Below, piece after piece: positions 57,391 through 64,000 of a stretch of 64,000 nucleotides of DNA (its first letter is position 1; each line of letters starts with the position of its first letter). The position numbers were made by a program, and so were the translations under genes. The notes under the pieces were generated by a model. The model was not told the DNA's origin. It did not search any database and worked only from the letters and a program-made list of their open reading frames with translations. The DNA comes from a virus. Taxonomy: Duplodnaviria; Caudoviricetes. The stretch is taken from positions 1 to 64,000 of IMG/VR virus record IMGVR_UViG_3300020016_000004; one strand, 5' to 3'.

Positions 57391-58478
57391 CAGAATAGTG
57401 CTATTTCATTTTGAAAATACTTTCTCTCGTAAATCTTCATTCCGCTTGACCTTTCTATTTTTTCGGGCGCATTGAGGTCGATGATAAACTGCTTTATGCT
57501 TGTTACCATGTTTTCGTCAAAACCGCTTACATTTTCGCCGAAGATAACAACATACTCACCATTACATTGAAACCTGATTTCATAATACGGATTGTCAATG
57601 TCCCTGGTCGTTGTCTCCCATATCCTGATTTTCGTATTGTCGCCGAGCATGACAATGTTGAAGTCTTTATCTTTCTGCGATTGTAATAGCATCAACTGTT
57701 CTTCGTCGCTTACAAGAAATGTTGCGAACGGGCGAAGGAAAACTCCGTGATCAGAAGGCCATACGATCTTGTGCTCTTTTACCCATGAGGAACCGCATCT
57801 ATGCTGAATAAAATAATCTATTGGAAACGGAGCGACGGTTAGTTTTTTCTCGGCGGCATCTCGCATATTCTGACCAAAAGGGGCTCCGTTATCATTCGCT
57901 GCTCCGAGTTCTTTGTACATCCATGAGCGGTACATGGAGGCTGATGGATGGGCGTACCGGAGAACATCGTTTTCGTCTTTCGGCGTCCCTACTCCATAGT
58001 TGGAGTGGCTTACAAGCATGAGAGAACCGGTTGCATATAAATTATCATCGGCGGAAAATTGCTCTACCATTTTTTCTATGAATCCACCGAAGCGAACAAT
58101 AACATCAGAATCAAACGTCATTACAAGCGGCGTGTCCACAAGGTTCCTGATGGCAAAGTCCAATATCTCTCCGTGAGAGTTCCTTCCCACGTAATTATAT
58201 ACTGTTAGGTTCTCGGTAGTTAGTTCTTTGTATTTTAAATACAGCGTTGATTGATCTTCGCTGTCACCATCCATCACCAATATTTTAATGTACGGATAAA
58301 ACCGCAGGAGGCTTTCGATAGCAATTTGCGTAAACTCCTTTGTCTGCCGCTGACAGATGATACAGGTGACAGGAAACTGCTTCCATATTGCTTCGTGAAA
58401 ACTTTCATCGAAGTCTGGGTGTGCAAGCTGAATGGCACCCTCCAGATTGCACATTGCAAAATATTGTTCATCTGTCAT
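57390..58478 (-). CDS. GT2-family glycosyltransferase
   Basis: LVMDGDS, HGEILD, MTFDSDV. Confidence 0.82.
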   Translation of the reverse strand: MTDEQYFAMCNLEGAIQLAHPDFDESFHEAIWKQFPVTCIICQRQTKEFTQIAIESLLRFYPYIKILVMDGDSEDQSTLYLKYKELTTENLTVYNYVGRNSHGEILDFAIRNLVDTPLVMTFDSDVIVRFGGFIEKMVEQFSADDNLYATGSLMLVSHSNYGVGTPKDENDVLRYAHPSASMYRSWMYKELGAANDNGAPFGQNMRDAAEKKLTVAPFPIDYFIQHRCGSSWVKEHKIVWPSDHGVFLRPFATFLVSDEEQLMLLQSQKDKDFNIVMLGDNTKIRIWETTTRDIDNPYYEIRFQCNGEYVVIFGENVSGFDENMVTSIKQFIIDLNAPEKIERSSGMKIYERKYFQNEIALF

Positions 58479-58948
58479 AATGATTCAATTTTAAAAGAGA
58501 AATATTCTTCCCCTTTTTTCACAATTACTTTTTTTAAATTCATCTCGTAAATTTCCCGATCATCGAAATGATATTTTTTTGAGAGTATATCCAATACCTG
58601 TTTTGTTGGATTGTCAATGTCGCTGGCTTTGTTGCTGAATCCAAACTCCAGTGATACTTTCAGATTTGTCGCATTAAGAATCAGGTGCGGGAGTAGCATA
58701 GAAACCCGTTTCTGGTACTTCATGTAAGCAACGCTTTTGAAGCGCTTTCCTTTCCATGCTTCATTCACACTCATGGGCTTCACCAAAATTTTTATCGCTC
58801 CGTTTTCTATGGTCGGCGAATGAAAATGAATGTTGACAGGAGCCTTCTTTTCCGCCCGAGCACTAACATTTAGCTGCACTTTATTTTTGGCAGCAATCCT
58901 TTCTTGCATAAGACGAAGATCGTTCTCGGTGTAGGTCGTGCGGCTCAT
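58475..58948 (-). CDS. rusA: RusA-like Holliday junction resolvase
   Basis: PMSVNEAW, SDIDNPTKQVLDIL, DDREI. Confidence 0.85.
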   Translation of the reverse strand: MSRTTYTENDLRLMQERIAAKNKVQLNVSARAEKKAPVNIHFHSPTIENGAIKILVKPMSVNEAWKGKRFKSVAYMKYQKRVSMLLPHLILNATNLKVSLEFGFSNKASDIDNPTKQVLDILSKKYHFDDREIYEMNLKKVIVKKGEEYFSFKIESL

Positions 58949-59133
58949 TTCTTTTTCAGTTTATTAATTTTCAGAAACACACCATTGCCTAAGTAAACGT
59001 AATCGAAGTGTCGCGAAGCATCCTTTACTGTTCCACCGTGCTTTATCTTCCATCCTGAGAGACGGACACAGTTTGATGGCTGAATAATCCTGTTAAACAG
59101 ACGTATGAAGAAGTAGAGAATGATAATATCCAT
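58945..59133 (-). CDS. Small hypothetical protein
   Basis: Start re-set to MDIIIL after upstream RHH stop. Confidence 0.5.
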   Translation of the reverse strand: MDIIILYFFIRLFNRIIQPSNCVRLSGWKIKHGGTVKDASRHFDYVYLGNGVFLKINKLKKK

Positions 59134-59134
59134 T

Positions 59135-59272
59135 TTATTTTTTCTTCTTTTTTTTATATTCCTTAATGGCTTCGTTGATCGTGAAGACAAATGATATTCC
59201 CTTTGCCTTCTGGTCTTTCAGGAATTTCATATTCTCATCCGTAGGATAGTATGTTATTGATTCTGCTTTCAT
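59135..59272 (-). CDS. Small ribbon-helix-helix-like regulator (45 aa)
   Basis: Hand translation MKAESITYYPTDENMKFLKDQKAKGISFVFTINEAIKEY; TATGTTTG 6 nt upstream. Confidence 0.65.
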   Translation of the reverse strand: MKAESITYYPTDENMKFLKDQKAKGISFVFTINEAIKEYKKKKKK

Positions 59273-59341
59273 CGGCGACAAACATAAAATAAATTATTTA
59301 ACTTTTTTACTTTGTATGAAAATAATTATTAACATTGCGCG

Positions 59342-59830
59342 ATGAATAAATACTACAAGCCATCGCTCGAAGAGTTTCATGTCAATTTTGAATACGAGCT
59401 ATTGGAAATTGAAGGAAAACTTATTAGTGGCACCCCTTGTAAATACAAATGGGTAAAATGCTCAGACTTCTCTTACGATCTTCTCGCCGATGATACCGAT
59501 ACTGTTTCAGAATTAAAAAGACGAATTGACGATAATTTAATTCGCGTCAAATATCTGGACAGAGAAGACATTGAATCGTGCGGATGGGAAGCCTCCGAAG
59601 ATTTGCCTGTGGTAAGATATGACAATAACAATGGCGTGTTGTGCAATGAAAGAAGGTCCCCCGTTTATGAACTGAATGAAAAAATGCTTGTGTATTTTGA
59701 AGACGATCATCTTCTGGAAATATACCACTTCACTACTCATCAGATTGAACCGATCAGATTCCGTTTTATCGGCACGATAAAAAATAAATCAGAATTACTC
59801 GTACTGATGAAACAACTTAGCATAGCATGA
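59342..59830 (+). CDS. Hypothetical protein
   Basis: First gene of divergent plus-strand operon. Confidence 0.75.
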   Translation: MNKYYKPSLEEFHVNFEYELLEIEGKLISGTPCKYKWVKCSDFSYDLLADDTDTVSELKRRIDDNLIRVKYLDREDIESCGWEASEDLPVVRYDNNNGVLCNERRSPVYELNEKMLVYFEDDHLLEIYHFTTHQIEPIRFRFIGTIKNKSELLVLMKQLSIA

Positions 59831-60330
59831 GTCGCCCATTTGTCTTTGAGAAAAAACTTCTCACTCCCATAAAGGGCAGAGACATGAACGCTATCCGTAA
59901 GAATATCTGCGGAGAACAGATTGGTCACGGACTGTACCGCGATGTGTACGAACTCAAATTTGATCCCCGTTATGTTGTAAAGATTGAAGTAGATATGTCA
60001 CAGGCTGTATTCGCCAATGCAACAGAGTGGAGAAATTACATCAACAACAAAGAGTGGAAGTGGTTTGAACAGTGGCTTGCTCCATGCATGCTAATAAGTG
60101 AAACAGGTCAGTGGATGATCCAGCGCAGAGTAAACTGGAAGAATAAAACAAAGAAAGATTATCCGAAAGAGATTCCTTCCATGTTCACCGATACAAAATA
60201 TGATAACTTCGGATGGATCGGAAACCGCCTGGTATGCTGTGATTATTCTTACATTCCTTTCACGCTGCCGAAAACCCAAACAAAGCGAGCAAAATGGTGG
60301 GGAGATTCGGCGAATATAAAAGCAACTTAA
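59827..60330 (+). CDS. Minimal protein-kinase-like fold protein
   Basis: IGHGLYRDVY, VVKIE, NATEW, DTKYDNFG, CCDY. Confidence 0.7.
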   Translation: MSRPFVFEKKLLTPIKGRDMNAIRKNICGEQIGHGLYRDVYELKFDPRYVVKIEVDMSQAVFANATEWRNYINNKEWKWFEQWLAPCMLISETGQWMIQRRVNWKNKTKKDYPKEIPSMFTDTKYDNFGWIGNRLVCCDYSYIPFTLPKTQTKRAKWWGDSANIKAT

Positions 60331-60332
60331 AC

Positions 60333-60776
60333 ATGAAGGCAGAAGAACTTAGATACAAAAATTTGATTCAGCGCAAAGGCGTTGTTTATTCTGTCAACGA
60401 CATTTTCGTGGCAAGCGGCTTGCTTACTGTGCTTCCTACCGAATCGGAAGAAACGCTTGGCAGGGTGACTATTCATGATTTTGAAGGAATAGAATTAACC
60501 GATGAGTGGCTTAGAAAACTCGGCTTTACTCCGAATGAAAACGCATATCACACCTTTCCAACAAGCAGTAATCCACAAAAAAAGTGTTACGAATGGTATG
60601 TTTGCGAAAAAATAGTTTTGCAAAACAATGTTGATTCACCACCCAATTTAAGTATTCATTATTACAACTCATACGGGAATGAAGAAACCGAAACAATAAT
60701 GGAAGTTAAGTTTGTTCATCAACTTCAAAACCTATACTTCGCATTAACCGGAAACGAACTAACGTACACACTATGA
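60333..60776 (+). CDS. Hypothetical phage protein
   Basis: GIELTDEWLRKLGF, VHQLQNLYFALTGNEL common Bacteroidota-phage pattern. Confidence 0.75.
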   Translation: MKAEELRYKNLIQRKGVVYSVNDIFVASGLLTVLPTESEETLGRVTIHDFEGIELTDEWLRKLGFTPNENAYHTFPTSSNPQKKCYEWYVCEKIVLQNNVDSPPNLSIHYYNSYGNEETETIMEVKFVHQLQNLYFALTGNELTYTL

Positions 60777-60913
60777 CACACCCACCACTACACATCAAGA
60801 AGCGCATCACCTACGGACGAGGATCGTTCGCAAGGATTCCTCTCTTGTCGCCCGAAGAAAAACTTCGTCGCCGAAAGGAGCGTGAGATAAGAAGGAATGA
60901 AAAGTTCTGGTAA
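60773..60913 (+). CDS. Small basic protein (46 aa)
   Basis: Hand translation; ATGA overlap. Confidence 0.45.
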   Translation: MTHPPLHIKKRITYGRGSFARIPLLSPEEKLRRRKEREIRRNEKFW

Positions 60914-61009
60914 AAGTTTTTCGTAACACAACTATGGCGTAGCCAGATACATAATATGGTCGGGCTTTTTTATTCGGCGGACGTAAAGGATTCTTTTCAA
61001 TCTGACGAC

Positions 61010-61039
61010 AAAAAAATACGCATCCGTTTCCAGATGCGT
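61010..61039 (-). terminator. Intrinsic terminator
   Basis: ACGCATC/GATGCGT stem + 7-T tract on minus. Confidence 0.75.
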
Positions 61040-61066
61040 TCAACAATACTAATAAGATCGTTCGGA

Positions 61067-61321
61067 TTACGGTTTCGCTGCCGGGGTATTTGCCAAGACT
61101 GCTGCTGCAATCTCATCCGCTTCGGTATTGATACCATCAGCGATACCCTGCAATTCAGCAAGCTCTTCCGGAGAGTTACCTGCATCGGCAAGATTCTGAA
61201 TAGCGGTTGCCAAACTTGCTGACAAAGAGTTAAGCAATTCTACTACCGATGCTTTAACGGTTTTTAATTTTTCAATCGCTGCTTTCTGAGCGGTGAAATC
61301 GAGTGGAGTTGAATCAGGCAT
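61067..61321 (-). CDS. Small Ala-rich coiled-coil protein
   Basis: ORF track; IAAAVLANTP C-terminus. Confidence 0.75.
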   Translation of the reverse strand: MPDSTPLDFTAQKAAIEKLKTVKASVVELLNSLSASLATAIQNLADAGNSPEELAELQGIADGINTEADEIAAAVLANTPAAKP

Positions 61322-61344
61322 TTTATTTTGTTTTTAATGGTTAT

Positions 61345-61551
61345 TTATTGAGGTGTGTTTAGATCAACACTTTTTTTAAGTTCGTCAGATGCTCTATTTA
61401 TTTCTTCCGTCTCACTGTTAATTGTTTTCTGGTATTCTTTGGAAATACTCACAGCCTTTATAATCTCATCGAGTTTATGAAGCATCTGAAGCATATCCTT
61501 CTCTGATCCGTGAGAATGAAGGTGAATGTCTGCGTGAATTTCAAGTTTCAT
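61345..61551 (-). CDS. Small coiled-coil protein
   Basis: ORF track; IHLHSH motif. Confidence 0.65.
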   Translation of the reverse strand: MKLEIHADIHLHSHGSEKDMLQMLHKLDEIIKAVSISKEYQKTINSETEEINRASDELKKSVDLNTPQ

Positions 61552-61628
61552 GTTACAAAGAAAACAAATATTTCAATCCACATCTTTACATAATTAAAAA
61601 AGTTATTTACATCTTTTCTCGGCGGCAC

Positions 61629-61659
61629 AAAAAGAATCCCGGGGAATTCACCACGGGAT
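61629..61659 (-). terminator. Possible intrinsic terminator
   Basis: ATCCCG/CGGGAT stem followed by TCTTTTT on minus. Confidence 0.5.
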
Positions 61660-61792
61660 CCTAATCAACACGAATCACAATAACACCAGGGCAAGATACT
61701 ATCCAATTCCCCCAAATCCGCCGAGAACAAAACCAACTTATCAACATGCATGGCACAAATATTTATTTCTACATTTGTACAAACAAAAAATC

Positions 61793-62029
61793 ATGCAAGC
61801 AAACCTCTTCATCAACGAGAACAATTACCTGCTCAACTACTCCCTCTCGCCCGAGAACAATATCATCGTTGAATCCATCTTGGATGAAACCGGTGCCGAT
61901 CAAAAATCCAGACTGCCTTACCAACAAGCCCTCGCCCTGCTGCAAACCGAGATTCATAATAATCCGCCGACAACAAAAGACACCCACACCAATATCTTTT
62001 TGTACCCCCTCCACAGGAGAGCCATTTGA
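61793..62029 (+). CDS. Hypothetical protein
   Basis: TACATTTG at 61770-61777 then ATG 61793. Confidence 0.5.
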   Translation: MQANLFINENNYLLNYSLSPENNIIVESILDETGADQKSRLPYQQALALLQTEIHNNPPTTKDTHTNIFLYPLHRRAI

Positions 62030-62382
62030 AAAAAAAATTTTTTGGAAAATTGGTTTTTTTGGGCATGCATTTTAAAAGTATCTGCGTTTTTTGGACAGTT
62101 TCGCGTACGGGCCGGTCACCCCCACCGTGTTGCCGTCGAAATTTTCAAAAAAAACCCCTCCCCCACTGCTTTTTCAGCTCCGGATTTTTCAAACTCCTGC
62201 ATTCTGCTCTGATCCGCTCCGCTTTCCTTAAAACATCGAATGAGCTAAACCAGGTTAGGATAAACCATTCCTTGCGGGCCGCTGGCAATGGCGAAGGGCG
62301 CGAAGGCGAAGGCGATGGAAGCAAATGTTGTTTAACATAAAACTATTTAACATATTATTTTAGAACAAAAGAAAAGCCGGGT

Positions 62383-62784
62383 TTATTGAACGTGCTTACC
62401 AAGCCACTTATAAGCATCAGTTATAAAATGTTCATCGTTATCTAAATAGTTTGGTATTGAGGGCTGTACAATATTAACAATTTGCTTTTTGTGCTGTTCT
62501 ATTGTCATCGCTTCACAGGCTTTTGCGTTCTCCTTTATATTGAATTGAGCCAAAATGATTAGTTGAGGATAATCACTCATTTGCCACATAGTTTTTATTA
62601 TCCAATCACTTTTTGGCGTCATCTTGTAAAGAGTATTTGCAAGGTGCTTCCTGTATTCAAGCTTGGCAAAGTCGATGTGCTGTTTCAATCTTGCTCCTGG
62701 ATAACAAGTCATTCCTATATATTTTATTACAAGTGCATCAGGACAAAGCAAGCCATAAACCACATACTTTCTTTCGTGTTTCAT
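62383..62784 (-). CDS. GIY-YIG nuclease
   Basis: YVVYGLL...KYIGMT..PGARLKQH, EAMTI. Confidence 0.8.
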   Translation of the reverse strand: MKHERKYVVYGLLCPDALVIKYIGMTCYPGARLKQHIDFAKLEYRKHLANTLYKMTPKSDWIIKTMWQMSDYPQLIILAQFNIKENAKACEAMTIEQHKKQIVNIVQPSIPNYLDNDEHFITDAYKWLGKHVQ

Positions 62785-63005
62785 ATTGAATAATTTAGTT
62801 TTAATCCGATTGAATCCAAATATATTTTTAGGCTCTTAACGCTTACCGAATCATTGCCGGTTTCTATCTTCTTTACCGTCCTTGCGTTCAATCCGGTTTG
62901 CTTCACGCTTATTTTCGCTGATTTTCTTAGCTCCTTTAGGTTCATTGCACAATAATACATAAAAACTCCGTAAATATTGTACTGCAATACTCGTTTTATA
63001 AACAA
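62781..63005 (-). CDS. Small XRE-like HTH protein (likely start 62945)
   Basis: LKELRKSAKISV..GLNARTVKKIETG..SVSVKSLKIYLDSIG; ATGA overlap with GIY-YIG. Confidence 0.75.
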   Translation of the reverse strand: MFIKRVLQYNIYGVFMYYCAMNLKELRKSAKISVKQTGLNARTVKKIETGNDSVSVKSLKIYLDSIGLKLNYSI

Positions 63006-63087
63006 TTTATTAACAAATTATTATTGAAACAGATACAAGTTGAGCCAGATTTCATACTTTTGATGCGAATAAACGCCAATTATCCAC

Positions 63088-63432
63088 ATGTCTGCTGGTT
63101 CCCACTTCACAAAAAAGGTATTTCAAGCATGTGACAGAGAAAGCGACTATCTTAAAGGGGTTTTTTCAGCCAATAGATACACTATACGGACAGTTATAGG
63201 AGAGTTTAACCGTGTGTTGGATAGTCGGGGGATTTCAGAGAATCAGGCGATAAAAGAGCTTAGGGCGCTCGGCGGGATAATAACCAGGAACACGCTTAAC
63301 AAGATGAGGAAGGGAGAATATTACACGGCTTCAACCACTTTTTTAAATATCCTTTCACGTTATGCGGGTTATAAAGATTTTATTGATCTGGCATATCATG
63401 TGAGAAGCCGTGAGCTTGGTTTGCCTACGTAA
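63088..63432 (+). CDS. Probable HTH repressor-like protein, divergent from 62945
   Basis: GISENQAIKEL...ITRNTLNKMRKG; TACTTTTG at 63055-63062. Confidence 0.55.
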   Translation: MSAGSHFTKKVFQACDRESDYLKGVFSANRYTIRTVIGEFNRVLDSRGISENQAIKELRALGGIITRNTLNKMRKGEYYTASTTFLNILSRYAGYKDFIDLAYHVRSRELGLPT

Positions 63433-63614
63433 ATATCATTTGTCTTGGGATGATTTTTATCGGCGGATGCAAGAGAACTTTTGTATTTATTTACAACTTT
63501 TGTCTGTGTTTTTCAGTTAGTTAACTCTTTTTTAATTTTCAAGCTATTTAATCAAAAAACGCAGAAAAGTATGTACTTTTATTTGAATTCAATTTAAAAA
63601 CGAATGTTGATTGA

Positions 63615-63647
63615 TTTGCAATGGTATGTACCTTTAGTTTACATTTG
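63615..63647 (+). promoter_or_regulatory. Bacteroidota-type promoter TTTG-N21-TACATTTG
   Basis: Matches -33/-7 consensus. Confidence 0.65.
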
Positions 63648-63682
63648 TCGTATAAATCAGAAACTTATAAAAAATAAACACT

Positions 63683-64000
63683 ATGAAAACTACATCTTAC
63701 AACACAGAAGTTTTAAATTACGGAATTGAAAATCTTAAAAACGTACAGGCTGACAGCGTACACGGATGCGACCTTCATAATCGCCTATTCAATGAAGATT
63801 ATTTTATCATTGGTTATCATCAAGCGGAAGAATTCCTAAAGAATACGGTTGAGGGAATCTTTGGTTGTATTGAGAAAATCAAAACTTACGAACAAGATAA
63901 TTTTGGTCAGGTATCAACCGATTTATCCAGCTCTGAAAAAGTTGCTAATATGTACGCTTACATAGTCGGAGAAGAGATATTACAAGAATCCGAAACGCTT
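63683..64000 (+). CDS. Acidic early protein, 3'-truncated by window end
   Basis: Hand translation MKTTSYNTEVLNYG...DLHNRLFNEDYFIIGYHQAEEFL...EKVANMYAYIVGEEIL. Confidence 0.75.
   Translation, partial: MKTTSYNTEVLNYGIENLKNVQADSVHGCDLHNRLFNEDYFIIGYHQAEEFLKNTVEGIFGCIEKIKTYEQDNFGQVSTDLSSSEKVANMYAYIVGEEILQESETL

Noticed and set aside
60807-61222. ORF-track calls 60807-61046, 60956-61222 and 60997-61191
   Set aside because: They overlap terminators and better-supported genes and look compositionally spurious
62026-62340. 104-aa plus-strand ORF
   Set aside because: Low-complexity translation of a probable non-coding control region with no recognisable motif
1-64000. tRNA/rRNA genes, integrase and att sites
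   Set aside because: No cloverleaf or T-loop signature, rRNA-like stretch or recombinase motif was found by eye; tRNAscan-SE and HMM searches would be needed to exclude them fully

Overview
The window is most of one tailed-phage genome, probably infecting a Bacteroidota host. This is inferred from TAnnTTTG -7 promoter elements, A-rich translation starts and Bacteroidota-type adhesin domains. Almost all genes lie on the minus strand. In transcription order they are: RusA and a sugar-modification (glycosyltransferase/epimerase) cluster (58948-51680); terminase, 811-aa portal, scaffold and major capsid (50801-41660); podovirus/crAss-style tail-ring, tail and ejection proteins (40299-25528); Cys-rich and adhesin-like structural proteins (25299-17609); accessory and lysis genes (17596-12264); and recombination, replication and methylation genes (12057-1). 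Small plus-strand islands occur at 45153-46057, 59342-60913, 61793-62029 and 63088-64000. I saw no integrase, DNA polymerase, RNA polymerase, reverse transcriptase, tRNA or CRISPR array. The strongest unexplained signals are: (1) a recurring interleaved two-stem (pseudoknot/switch-like) 5' leader with compensatory sequence change, in front of two HNH genes and probably the replication initiator, with each leader also open in frame back to the upstream gene; (2) the octamer TCCGCCGA/TCGGCGGA, found by eye 33 times, plus CGCCGA/CGCCCGA relatives; (3) a candidate late promoter ATTCGCATTT; (4) regulator+endonuclease two-gene cassettes; (5) a 24-bp coding tandem array with only two binary variable sites; and (6) a minimal kinase-fold protein and a possible virion-glycosylation cluster. 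All product calls come from recalled motifs and gene context, not from database searches.
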